Shown: piece by piece, positions 38,327 through 54,400 of the stretch | Layout of the letters: every line of letters begins with the position of its first letter | Position numbering within the stretch: the first letter of the stretch is position 1 | From: Ministeria vibrans ATCC 50519 | Taxonomy: Eukaryota > Protista > Filasterea | NCBI GenBank assembly: GCA_943704425.1 | Contig: CALSCP010002175.1 | Location: forward strand, 62,674-126,673 | Reading direction: 5' to 3' | Length of the DNA stretch: 64,000 nucleotides | The notes under the pieces: generated by a model | Databases searched by the model: none | The model's input: only the letters and a program-made list of their open reading frames with translations | What the model was told of the DNA's origin: nothing | Program-made: the position numbers and the translations under genes

Positions 38327-38953
38327 TCGTAAATGCATACATACGCACACACCCGTACACTAACAGACTCACCCACCTGCACAAAACGCACCTCATTCAA
38401 TTTGGATGTGTAGGTGAGTTTTATCAATGTCCTGCGATTATGCACCCTTGTCCAAGTGGACGCCCTCTCGCTCTCCACTGCTCCAACGTCATCACACAAG
38501 AACGGCCGCTCGCCTATCACATCACACGTTCTCGACACGTCACTGGGTCGTCCCGCAGCACATTTGCCTATTCAACTGCAGCGCAATATTTCCGGCACTT
38601 TTGTTCCCATTGCTCAACACTCTACCGACTCCGACGGACGTGTATCCGCCTTTTACCCTCCCTTCTACGCTGCCCTCTTTCAAACAGGTGCGTTTCCAAA
38701 AAAAAATATATATATACAATACAATACCATGTTCTGGGGTGTCTGGGGGAGAAGGAGAAAGCTCATTGTCACTTCTCTGCGTTTAGGTTCGTTTCGTCTG
38801 CGTTTCGATACCAACGTCTACTTTTCACGACTGTCCCTGTCTGCGTTTTACCCACATGTTACGATTGATTTCGTCGTGGCCAATGCCAGTGAGCACTACC
38901 ACGTGCCACTGCTGCTCAATCCCTACGGCTACTCGACCTATCGCGGAAGCTGA
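37513..38953 (+). CDS. Bifunctional OHCU decarboxylase / 5-hydroxyisourate hydrolase (transthyretin-like) with N-terminal PTS2
   Basis: WASSMVHQRPFAS...NEQYETRHGH (decarboxylase). SPITSHVLDTSLGRPA...TDSDGR...HYHVPLLLNPYGYSTYRGS* (HIUase with YRGS C-terminus). N-terminal RILTLQQHL fits R-[LI]-x5-H-L. Confidence 0.92.
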
Positions 38954-39073
38954 TTGGGAACCAATGTACAAAAACGAATTTAAAACCCATAATTATTAAA
39001 ACTGGAGCACACACACAAAAGAGCCTGTATTGGATTGAGCGAAGGACAAGAACCACAGCAGATGCATGGGTGA

Positions 39074-43286
<4,213 letters not shown>

Positions 43287-43472
43287 CGGTAGGGCGGATG
43301 TAGGCTTGGGGTGGTGTGCGTTACTTCGATACAGAAAGAAGAGTGTGGAATTAGTGATTTATCAGTATCGGATTCCGATAAAAATCAGGTACGGAATTCC
43401 GATCATCGGACAGTCCGATTTCAGGTAAATCTCAAATTCTTTCAGATAGATCTGACTTTCCGATCCACGTCA

Positions 43473-43555
43473 GATGTTTTCCGATGTTTTCCGATGTTTT
43501 CCGATGTTTTCCGATGTTTTCCGATGTTTTCCGATGTTTTCCAATGTTTTCCGAT
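43473..43555. repeat. 10-bp tandem repeat (GATGTTTTCC) x about 8
   Basis: Seen directly, about 190 bp upstream of the PARP2-like start codon. Confidence 0.95.
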
Positions 43556-43615
43556 GCTCTCATAAATGATCCCCAAATGCCTGTATTGTGCTCTAAACCT
43601 CTCTCGCTATCTCTC

Positions 43616-44591
43616 TCACTCGCAACCCATCTCAATGTAACATGTCAGAAGCCCCTCATCCTCACTCTCACGCTTGTTTTTCTTTTGCGACGCCTCCTTG
43701 TCGTCGTCGTCGCTCTGTCGCTTGCGCTTCCGCATTGCATCATCGAGCCCCGTGTCCGGGCGCACCCACCGTCGACGCGCAGCCACCTTCGCGTTGTACT
43801 GTTGGCGTCGCGCCGGGTCCGCCAGCAGCCGGTCCTTGTACGTGTGGTGCAGGAAGATCATCGCGTCAAAGATGTCCGGCGACTTAAAAAAAACTTGAGT
43901 ATTTTGAATGGATGAAAGGCCATCGAGCATAGTCGAAAAAACGCATGAGACGCTGCGCTACTGTAGGGCGCGTGGCGCCCTATAAATGCGCCCAGTGGCA
44001 CTATTGTAAAGCAAAAGGCACTCTTCAGCAGCTTTACCATTGAAGACATCGCGAATATGGTCAAGGCGATTTATGATGCCACTCATGAACGCGATCAGTA
44101 TCACAGTCTCGCGTCGCTCGCTACCTGACCGCGCGCCAGAGATGTAAGCGAGGGTCTCATTCTCCCTGCGACACTTCCTACACGCGTCAATAATAAGTCG
44201 CCACAACTCGATCCTCCAACTCTCCGATAACCATCCATGTTGTGATTTTAAGTGTGCTTCTTCGTCGACGAGAACCAGCTCACAGTGACGAGAACACTAT
44301 GCGGGTACTATGAGCATAGGAGCACGAACAAGAGGGTAAGCATGGTGTTAAAAATGGGCCTCTGTAGATGCGCGCACCGCAGATCAACTTGCTGCGCACT
44401 CCAGGGACAGTCTGCGCGAGCTTCATCCCAGCTAAGCACTTGAGCGTGGACCCAACGAAAGCGCGACGCCGCAAGGTCAGCAGAAACGCGTCCGCCTCGA
44501 CTCTAGATTGCAAAAGGACACGACTGTCGATCGGGGTGGCACGCAGGCGTCCTCCGCTGGTGGCTGGGGCGGGTTGGTAGATGTGGGTCAT
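43616..44591 (-). other. Possible interrupted gene of unknown product (three collinear minus-strand ORFs)
   Basis: ORFs 44280-44591, 43958-44206 and 43616-43930 have protein-like composition and a basic RKRKR tail. No family recognised and no clean splice model built. Confidence 0.3.
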
Positions 44592-45469
44592 GGCAGGGGC
44601 GAGAGCAGGGAATTGAAGTGATCTCGTTTAATGAGGGACAGGGAGTTGCGGGATCGGTCAGCCTCATTCTCTAATCTCTATCTTAGCAACTCATACTCTC
44701 ACTGCTTTTCTAAGTTCTCAGTGTGGCGCCTTCTACGAAAACACAAAGCCGAACAGTACGCGTGTGGGTTGTTTAGTTGTGGTCCGTTGATGTTGATTTG
44801 ACCAGCCCGAAACACTGCTAACCTCTACAAATCGGGAGCATTTCTATGGGCACAACAATCCCCAAACTGAAGCCCATCGGGGAGCTGAATCTGTTCAATC
44901 ACAATAGGTAGCAGGGCCGATGGTTTGACGTCCACAACTGTCGTGATCGCTTGGGCTATCGCCTTTTGAATCATCGTAGGTGTTGCTTTTTTGGACTCGG
45001 TCACCCACACAGTTGAATCCCAGGAAAACTACAAATGAAGTCAATAAAACAGCAACATCGTGTCAGCGATCTTGTGGTGACCTGATTTGGTACAATGGAC
45101 ATGTTGATTGAAGCCTTGGAATTGTGTGGAATCAGGAATGGAAGGAATAGAATTGATCGTGAACCCTAACCCCGTGGCCAAGCAAGTGCACAATCAGCAG
45201 CGAGTCGCGTCCCACTGTTGTTGGAACATCACTGGCATCACAACTGCACTCAATTCTGTCGCCACTGATCCAAACTCATATTATTAGTATTAGTTGTGTC
45301 ATTATTACAATTTTCAATCATACGAGCGTCAGTTCCACTTCTTCAGTTGCAGTGGCATACTCTTCGGATGGTTCTGCTGGAATGTTGGTCGAGGGCTGAT
45401 CCTGCACAGAACAGAATCAAAATGAAAACCATAAGAAAAGAAAGAAAAATTTAATACATTTTTGTAGTA

Positions 45470-47188
45470 TTATTGTACCGTTGAAGGGAAAATTGGAAAA
45501 GGAATACGATTTAAAGTTGTAGACAGGGATGAGCGTTCACCAACTCCACTCACAAAGGGCACCAGAGTACTCTTGAGCACAGCCTCAGCTCTGGTAGATG
45601 AGCTGCTCCCACGTTCATTTTCGTTGGATCCCACTAACGCGCCTTGGAGAGAATTATCCATGTCACGACTCACACAGCTTTGTTGACCGATGTTGCTTGG
45701 GGACAATTCTTCTGATGCAGTATCCGCATGTGGTTGTACCTGCTTGAAATTAAAAAAATTTAGATCAGCGCCCAATAGTTTAAGTCGCGCTTGAGTTTTT
45801 GGCCTGAGTCCATATTGGCCATCAAGATCTCTCTGAAATTCAGCGTCCCTCCTGAAACGCGGAATCAACCATTTCAAAAGTACGGTAGTCTCCCTCAGAT
45901 ATGTGGCGTGTGCAAGGCATGTGACGTTCTTATTTTTGGCTGTGGTCGCAAGCGTGTCTAACTCTTCCAAAGCGTTAACAGCAGTTTGATTGGGATTAAT
46001 TGTTGAGATGTTGAATAGATTCTCAAGCGTCCTTATGTGCTCGTCCACATCACCCTCAATTTCGTCTTTCCGGGTCGGCTTGCCATCAGCAGATGATAAG
46101 TACTTGTCACGCCAGACAGCCATGGGGTTCGAATTTCGGTACCGATTTGGCAGAAGAGATGCTTCAAATTTTTCGCGTTCCATATCCCATGATAAGTCTA
46201 CTGCGTTAATATACTGCTCGGAGGCGCTGCGCAATGATGATATCCAGTGACTCAGCCCTTTTCTTTGCATACAGTATACCGCTTTGATATTTAAGCCTAA
46301 AGCGTCGAGGCTGTCCAAATCGGAGCTTGGGTATAGGGTTTCCAGAGTGGATTGAATCGCTTTTACCGACCAATTGGACGGAACTGTATATATTCCAAAG
46401 GAGTAAACCCAACAGACGTTGTGAATGAAACACACATTGAGTAGGATTGCCGCAAAGAAAAGAACTCCCAACCGAAAGGACATTATATGATCGACACTGC
46501 ACAGAGCTTGCACGAATATATACGTCGTATCGTTTAAAGAACCTCCATAGAGAAACTGCCTACGGTACGAGTCGCACTCATTGTCTTTCAGCAGCAGCTG
46601 GCTTGTATTGAAATTGGCGCAGACAGTGCAGTGAAAGCTGGTGCTCTCCATCATAGGTATGCCATAGATAAAGAGCAATATAAGGTACAACCCGGACGCC
46701 AGAAAAAGGAGGATAGACAAGATGCAGGCGCAGTAGGAGCGCAGAATGTAACCTGCTTCCATATCCGCTATAGGATTCGCGATCGCTTGTGACCAGCTAG
46801 CATCTTCAGCAGAATCTTCGCTCACCACCGCCTTCGTCCTCTCAACAATTTCGCTCACGTTCTTGAAGTGGGGCGAAAGTACGACGAAAAAGAGGAGAGC
46901 AACTGCGAAAGAGGTGCCGATGAAAATGCCAGCGTTGAGAGCGGCAAAGCTGCTGCTATTGTCGCCAAAGTCGGTTGCGACGTTACAGCGCGTGTTCAGC
47001 CACGCACGTGTGGAAGATAGGTTGGTCGATGAGAGAGAGGGGACGCACGCAAGCTCAGCCGGGAAAAAAAGAGAAAATGAATTCAAAAGTAACATCAATC
47101 CCGATGTGTACACGAATAAGCGCAAGAACCAAGGAAGAGGGACGCCCAACAATGAGTTCGACGCCTCGCGGGCGATAGGGATATCCAT
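45470..47188 (-). CDS. Four-TM protein resembling the pannexin/innexin/LRRC8 large-pore channel domain
   Basis: First ATG at 47188: MDIPIA...LPWFLRLFVYTSGLMLLLNSF (TM1), loop 1 ELACVP...WLNTRC, TM2, TM3 YILRSY..., loop 2 FHCTVC...ALCSV, TM4 and a long soluble tail. The tail may splice further 3'. Confidence 0.6.
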   Translation of the reverse strand: MDIPIAREASNSLLGVPLPWFLRLFVYTSGLMLLLNSFSLFFPAELACVPSLSSTNLSSTRAWLNTRCNVATDFGDNSSSFAALNAGIFIGTSFAVALLFFVVLSPHFKNVSEIVERTKAVVSEDSAEDASWSQAIANPIADMEAGYILRSYCACILSILLFLASGLYLILLFIYGIPMMESTSFHCTVCANFNTSQLLLKDNECDSYRRQFLYGGSLNDTTYIFVQALCSVDHIMSFRLGVLFFAAILLNVCFIHNVCWVYSFGIYTVPSNWSVKAIQSTLETLYPSSDLDSLDALGLNIKAVYCMQRKGLSHWISSLRSASEQYINAVDLSWDMEREKFEASLLPNRYRNSNPMAVWRDKYLSSADGKPTRKDEIEGDVDEHIRTLENLFNISTINPNQTAVNALEELDTLATTAKNKNVTCLAHATYLRETTVLLKWLIPRFRRDAEFQRDLDGQYGLRPKTQARLKLLGADLNFFNFKQVQPHADTASEELSPSNIGQQSCVSRDMDNSLQGALVGSNENERGSSSSTRAEAVLKSTLVPFVSGVGERSSLSTTLNRIPFPIFPSTVQ

Positions 47189-47276
47189 CTCGCCACACAC
47201 TCGAACGAACAAAACAGTGAGTTGACTCAGTACTCAGTTGAGTCAGTTCAGTCTTCGAAATTCTAGTTGAGTAGTT

Positions 47277-48876
47277 TTACTGTTTTGCCTCGGTTTCGTA
47301 AAACTGGCGGTGAACCTCCTCCACCTTGTTCTGGTATTGTGGTATCACCAGCGTCTTCCATCCACCTTGTGACAAAGAAGATAATCGCACAAAAATGAGC
47401 CTGGTGAGGATACTTAGTGGTAGCGCCTGGAACCATGCCTTGCAATCAACGGAGGCCATCGGGTTCCCCGTAATATCAAACGTGACAAGGCTGGCGCTGG
47501 AAACAAGCTCTTGGAAATTGGAGAGGAAACATGGCTACAGCAGAATTGGGAATGGGACGTCAAGGGTTTTATGTCATGTCCATGAGATGCAGGTTATGCA
47601 GTCCTTACCGCGCTGTCCACCTGGCCACCTATGCACCCATGCAGACGATTGTGGCGCAAGTTGACAAATTCCAGTCGGCGCAGCGTGTAGACGAGCTCGC
47701 TTAGGTCTGCGAGATCGCTGTCCATCAGTGAGTTTTCGGCGAGGTGCAGTCTCTCAATTGACATTCTATCGCGGCCAGTCAAGTTCGCGATGACCGTAGC
47801 TAAGGTCTGCTTGTGTGGTTGCAAGAAGGCAATGTCCTTCGGTGAAATTCTCGAGGTCAAATCGAGGACAGTGAGATCGACAGTGCAGCGTATTGGGATT
47901 GTGTACCCATTGCCACTGCCGGTGGCGACGATGGACAAGTGTGCACCAGTGTCTATCCTGGGCGCAAGCCCCTCAGCCACGAATCTTGGAATATATCCAA
48001 CCTGTTTATAAGCGCAAAAATAAAAAAATGTGAGGTCCCCCTTGCAAATTGAGAGCACGTACCCGCGTTCCACAGCTGTTCACGATGCAAATAGCGTTCT
48101 TGTCATACGGATTGTTCCTTTCCCGCGCTGCGGTCAAGACACACCCGGTGCTCGTGCTTCTGCTTCCCTGCGTTAAAGAGCAAACACAATCGTAAGCTGG
48201 TCGCATAAGATTTGCTTGCATTGCATACCGTGTAGTGGTCTACACCAACAATTTCGGTGTCCAATTCGTAACCGTCTTTCGTTGCGTCTTCCATTTTCCT
48301 TGCCGCACCGGGTCCTTCGTTAATAATGCTCATCACTTTTCGACGAGGCCCAATCGGTAAACCAAGTTCGGTGAGGTCCTTGAACGTCATCATGAAAAAC
48401 GTCTCAAAGTCGATCTGCAAAAACAAAGGGAGAGAATGGGTAAGTTTTTTTTTTTCGCGACACCCTGGTGCACTCCTATGCTTGTAGATGAGGACTCAAT
48501 ACACATTCCTCACCTCGCTTTTGACAAAGGTTTGCACAAGACGATCCATGCCGTGGTCTTTCAGAAGAGCAGTGAGGCGAGGGTCAGCAACAAACGACGG
48601 ACAGGACAGACTGTGGCGTTGGGAGGCTCCTCTTTCTTCGCTGGCTATCGTCGATTTCCCTGCTTGTTCAGTTGGAACGATAGGGGTATCGAAATCCGCG
48701 TCCGGCAGTGTACCAGCCGTTGTCGAGGTAGATGTGCTCTGAGATGAAAAGGCGTCATTGCTGTCTTCGTCCATCGGAACGCTGCTTGCGCCTGGCCTTG
48801 TTTGTCCCTGCTCCTCTGCCTTGTCGAAGCTACACTGGCTCATGGCGTTGATCGGTGGTGTGTGGTTGCGTGACAT
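47277..48876 (-). CDS. SAM + HIRAN + leucine-rich-repeat protein
   Basis: SAM: LLKDHGMDRLVQTFVKSE|IDFETFFMMTFKDLTELGLPIGPRRKV. HIRAN: IVGVDHY|...RERNNPYDKNAICIVN|VGYIPRFVAEGLAPRID. LRR: IERLHLAENSL, LEFVNLRHNRL and LVTFDITGNP. Confidence 0.8.
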
Positions 48877-49264
48877 TAGATGAGACGGGAAATAATTTGA
48901 AATTTTGAATTAGAGAAGAAATAGAGTAGAAAGCGTTGTATTCAGTGCCAAAACAAAACAAAACACAAAAGGACAAGGAATAACGCAATGCTTCCGCCGT
49001 AGACCGCCCAAGGGAATTTCCCGAGAGAAGTCCGTAGACCCACTATAGAGAGTTGAGTCAGAAACGAAATAAAAAATCTATGACACCCTTCCGATTCTCT
49101 TTGTGATACAAAAACATTTTATATTCCCTACATTGCTGCGGTTCGCTGGGGACGTGTGAAGGTGACGAAATCGAGTCTAGTCCATAATTATTCACAAATA
49201 TTTCATTGTTGAAAATCGGTGATTTGATGAACATGACCAATCTAATGGGTGGACGGAACAAAAT

Positions 49265-50337
49265 TCAATCGCTTGCAGACGCGCACGAAAGACGGCCCGC
49301 GCGGACGACTCAGAGTCTGGCTGCTCACCAAACACAGCGAGTTCCTTTTCGAGGTCGGTGATACGCTGTTTGATCTTGGGACGTGTGTTGAACAGTGTCT
49401 CACGGATACGCTCCGACTGCAGCGCCACGAGCTTGCGTGAGAGTGCTGCGACACCCACTTCGTCTTCGGGGAGCTCGCCAAGCTCGTCGTGGCCTGCGAA
49501 GAAGGCACGCTCACGCTCACGTGCCTCATCGAGACTCAGCTCCTCGTCGTTCTACGCCTGACTGCGGTTGCGCACGCAGAAGACGGAGCATTTGAAGTTG
49601 GTGGACGCGTTGCGGATCTTGGTGTGCAGGCCGGGCTCGGCGTGCTGGTCGACCTTGGTGAAGCAGAGTAGCGTGCGCGTGCCGTCGGTATCGAGTTCGC
49701 GAGACATTTGCAGCGTCTTGCTGGTGGACACGTCGACCATGGCCGAGACGACGTTGAGCAACACCGCCTCGGGTGGTGTCATGTAGCGGCGGTACATCTT
49801 TGTGATGGTCTCCTCTATGTCCTCGCTCTGTCCGCCGACCGCAACGCGTGTCATACCGGGCAGATCAATCAGTGTGAGGTCGTCTTGCTCATGGCGGAAC
49901 ACGGTGAGCTCGAGCGGCTTGTCCACCACGTCTTTGCGGTCGCCCGCGAGTTGCTCGGTGCTCGCCTCAACCTCGCGCGCAATGTCACTCAGCTCGATGC
50001 GCTTTTCCAGTCCATCGCCCTTAATGAGGGCATGCTCCCGTTCGCTCGTGGGGCAGGTGCGAAGCATAAGCACGAGCGGGACTCGCGTCTTGATGCCCTC
50101 ACCGCGCGGCAAATCGACTCCACTTAGCGCCTCTAGCGCCGAAGTTTTGCCGTGGCTCTGATCACCAACAGCGACGATCGACGTCACGTTGATGTCCTTT
50201 TCGTCGCTGGACAGCTTGCGCAGCTGGTCATTGAGCTGCAGCACCGGCCGGATGTGTTTTTCAGAGAAGGTCGCAAGAGGTTTTATGGAGCAGCCGCTTC
50301 GGAGGGCTAGATTGTCTTGAACAATGAAGCTTTCATC
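49265..50337 (-). pseudogene. Mx/dynamin-like GTPase pseudogene (nonsense codon plus C-terminal truncation)
   Basis: IRPVLQLND.LR, IVAVGDQSHGKTSALEALSGVDLPRGEGIKTRVPL, LTLIDLPG and TKVD. In-frame TAG at 49552-49554, after which the same frame continues (EARERERAFF...VGVAALSRKLVALQ...I) until about 49265. Stalk and GED are missing. Confidence 0.85.
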
Positions 50338-51425
50338 CTAGGTTTTCAAAAAAAAAAAGGTTAGGACTGTGCGGCAAGGTGGGCTGTGCTAACTATTCAA
50401 AGAGACAGAACACGCGAATCTGAGCGAATCTGGATTGAACCAAAGAAAAAAACTCGTTACAGTGGAATTGTGAGTAGTGAGTTGGGAGTGAATCTTTGAG
50501 TTTTAGTTGATTAATTGTCAAACTTGAAAGTTAAAAAATATCACCACGGTATAGAGTACCACGCTTCCACACAGGCCACCGTATAGATTATAGATTTGAA
50601 CTGATCTAGCCAAGCAAGAGCGTCGAAGTGGACGTTTTCGTTTCTCACTGATCGTTTCATACTTCGCTTGAACTTCGCTTGAGCTCCTCTCCTCCTCTCG
50701 TGTGCCAGCATCCTATCTCACCCACCCACCCACACACACACACACACACTTAACAGTTAGCACTACACAGTACACAGCCTGTGCGTGAGTCAGTTGTACT
50801 CTATTCTCCTATAGGATGCCTCGTTTACTTGTGATAACAATGATTATTATCACTCCTCTGGAGCGTGCGCCTTCGGAATTTGAGTTCGAGTGACATCCTA
50901 ATCAGACGCGCACGCGCGTATCATCTCAAATCAGCTTGCGCGTGCTTGGCTGCGCGCATCACCCCTTTAATAACCCATCCTCACGCATCCGACTGAAAAC
51001 AAGAGGATGGATCGCGCGTAGTGAGGTTCGCTCGTTAAAATTCAAACCGCGACGATCGTTTACTCTTAAAGAGAAATACATAACTCCCACTCACAAATTA
51101 ATTCTAGTTCAAGCGTCGCCTCCCCTCTCCGTGTGATCGCAGCACAGCCACTCAGAGACCCTCGCCGCCGAATCCTAGTGATCCAGGCTCGAGGATTGTC
51201 TGTGTGTGTCTCTCCGCGTCCGAATTTTTTTTGTGTCCTTTTTTTTTTTTTGACAACATTCCAAATATCAGTGGNNNNNNNNNNCGCGCCCAACATCCGT
51301 CGTGTATTCTATGTGCGCGTCAAAGTCAAGTTGACAACATTCCAAATATCAGTGGAGACGCTACGCACGGAAATCTTCGTCCGCGTGTGTCCCCCTGCGT
51401 CTACAAGAGTGTCCCCTGACACGAC

Positions 51426-54400
51426 ATGCGCGGAAAGAGCGTTGAAAGCAGCTCTCCTGTCGCATCTCCCACCACCAAGCAACGCGCGTCGCTACCCACC
51501 AAAGACATGTCGGCGCCCCTCACTGCCACCGCACTCCCGGCACGGACGCCCTTGGGTGTCCAGACGTCCCTTGCGCGAACAATGGGCTCGCTAGGGGGCT
51601 CGTCTGTCGGCCGTTTCACAGCGCCCATTCCAAGCGAAATGAGAATTTCAGTTAGCCGCTGTGCGCTTTCGCGTGCCGACAACTACTTTATCAAACTCGA
51701 AATCGCCTGCGACTCCACCTCAGTCTACAGGTTTCGCACAGACGTCGTCTCTGGCAGCGCGTCGCCTCGCTTCTCCTGCGCTGACTTCTCCTTTCGCCTC
51801 GCGGACGCTCAGGCCATCCTGGCTCCGGGCACTGCTGCGACGCTCCGCCTCGACCTGTGTGTTGCCTCCGTATCCGCCCCCGTACGTCGAGTTGCACGTG
51901 CTGCACTTCTTTTGCCTCGAAGAATATCCCTTGGTGGGCCCCCAGCACCGCTGCGTGTCGACATTGGTGCCGACCAAGCACTCACTTCCACCCCCACCAC
52001 CACTACAACCTCAACGCCGTCCTCCGCGGACCTCTCGGGCTCCATTGAGCTGTCCATCTCGCTTGTACCTGCCACTGTCACTCCCACTACCACCTCCTCT
52101 GGCTCGCCTTCGTCGTCGTCAAACACAACTCCTCGCGGTCGTGCCTCCCCCACCGCAAACAGCAGTACACCCGTGTCCCGGAGACAGAGCGCTGCCCAGC
52201 CCCTCTCGGCACTCACTACAGCATCAACCTCGCCATCTTTGGGCCTTGCCGCCACTGCCACATCCTCCTCCTCGTCGTCGTCATCGGCGCCCCTCTCATC
52301 CTGGTCTATGCCTGCCCCCGCCACGCCCGTCTCGCCGTCCCCCTCGCAAACCACCGGTGGTCCCGTCAAGCGTGCCGCCTCACGGCAACACACCCTCTCG
52401 CGCCCACACGGCACTCGCTCAGAGTCATTGTCGTCGTCCTCATCTGCATCCTCACCAACTCAACCATTGACCCCAGCGCATCGCCGCACCTCACTTCAAT
52501 CCCAACAACTTCAACAACTTCAACTCCAGTCAATCTCCACCGCTTCCCTTGCTTCGCCCTCCCTCGTCTCCCTCGGTCCCGCACCATCGGAAGCCGCAAC
52601 GACAGCAATGACAACTAATGTTGCTCCTTCTTCGTATACTATGAGTCCTTCATCGAGTGTCACTGCATCTTCGCCAAAGCACGCATTACCTTCCACCACC
52701 GCTTCGACTACTACTACTACTACTACTACTACTGCCGCCAAGAGTCTGGTCGCTCCCGCCACCGCCCATCGCTCCAACTCGTCGCCCATGTCGTTTAGCA
52801 CACACACCGGCGACACTGGCTTGCGTATTGGTCAATTGCGTGCCAGCGTCGCCGAGGGAACCGTCACCGTCGTGGTCGTAGCTCACCGTGCCGATCAGGT
52901 GCCCCAGATCAACGGCAAAATCCCGCGAGCGTTTGTCACGGCCAAGACAGGCAAAGACGCTGCCGAGCGGCTGCCCGCGCGTGCTGCTACTCACGCTGCC
53001 GACCCTTCGTGCTCGCCCGTCTGGTCCGAGGTGCTCGTCCTCGAAGGCATCCCCGACTCACGTCGTGACGCTGGCGAAACCATTCTTTTGACTCTCGCTG
53101 ACTCAGTCACCAAGCGCTATTTGGGTCGCTATACCCTTGCCATGAACGAACTGGTGCCCATGCAACAGTACAATCTGGCATTGCGTGCGTCGCCAACTGC
53201 AAAGTCACCCTCGTCCGCCTGCCTTTGGGTCACTGTCACCCTCTTGCCCCATGGCATCCCCGACTCTCTCCCACCCGACCTCCTCGACTTCACTCTCTCT
53301 GGTTTCAACTCAACGCTGCCCTTTGTCGACACAGTCGTTGCCTGTGCTCGCATTGTGCGCGACTACGATGCCTATGTGGCCTCCCTGAGCGACGCCAACA
53401 GCTCACGCGCCCACTCTATTCCCGTGACCGACTTACAAAGACCCGGCTCGAGCTCCACCGACTCATTCAAACTGCAGGGTGTCGACAACATGTCGGAGAC
53501 AGACGTGTGTGCACCACAGCTTACCTTGCCTGTGGGTCCGTCGGACCACCCCATTTTCAATCACACCTTCATGTTCACCGACGCCCGCTCGCTCCTTGGC
53601 AAACCCAACGTGAACGCACTTTATGTTGTACTCGAGTTTTACCGCGCCTCCGACACAACCTGGCCCAACGGTGCCTACTTTGCTCACGGTGTCGTGCCTC
53701 TCTCGCGCATTCACAGTGCCCTGGCCATGGTCGCGTCAGGCACGCCCACCCGCATCGACCGCATTCCCGTCCATCTCGCCCCTACCATGAGCACGTCTCA
53801 AATGCCCGACGATGGTTTCTTCATTGACTGCACCGCCGCACTAACTCGCTCGTCGTCACCCCTTCACACTCGTCGTCCCGTTCAACTTGCAGTCGACACC
53901 AAATTGCAGTCATCGTCAGTCGCCGACACCACTGTCGCCGCCGTCGTGCCTGACTCGCGGCCGCCCCCAGGACTTTCTCAGCAGCTTCCATTGAGTCGTG
54001 GTCCTTCGAGTGCCGATAGTAGCTCTGGGTCTACCTCGAGCGTGACGCGTCCCATGGCTCACTCGCGCACGAGCAGTGCCACCGGTCGCAGTGCCATGCC
54101 CTTTTCGCCCGACTCCTTCTACGACGATCGGGGCCTCGTCATGTCACCTCGCAGTCCAAGTCTTGTCTCACCCCGCTCACCGCGTGTCTACTCTGGCGCA
54201 CCACCCTCGCCCACTCATCGCATGTCGAGCCCCGACCCTAACTTGTCGTACGAGGCTCTCAGCGAACGTTGCCGTGCGCTTGCCCGCGCCCTCAAGCAGG
54301 AGACTCGTCGTGCCGCCCAACTTAAAATGCAACTGGCCGGCTCTGGTATGGACCGCGAGACGCAAGCGCGCATCCGCGATCTCCAGCGTCAACTCGACGA

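Noticed and set aside
43473-43555. 10-bp array as a telomeric repeat
   Set aside because: It is short, interstitial and lacks a telomere-type G-run unit.
47277-47800. LRRs as the C-terminal domain of a true LRRC8 orthologue
   Set aside because: The LRR exons lie upstream of the 4-TM ORF and end in their own stop codon, which is the wrong order for LRRC8.
49552-49554. TAG reassignment or programmed readthrough in the dynamin-like gene
   Set aside because: TAG ends intact genes here (8790, 39074) and the dynamin is also truncated, so a pseudogene is the simpler reading.
51250-51354. Direct repeat TTGACAACATTCCAAATATCAGTGG as a mobile-element end or target-site duplication
   Set aside because: The two copies flank a 10-N gap, so a scaffold overlap artefact is likely.
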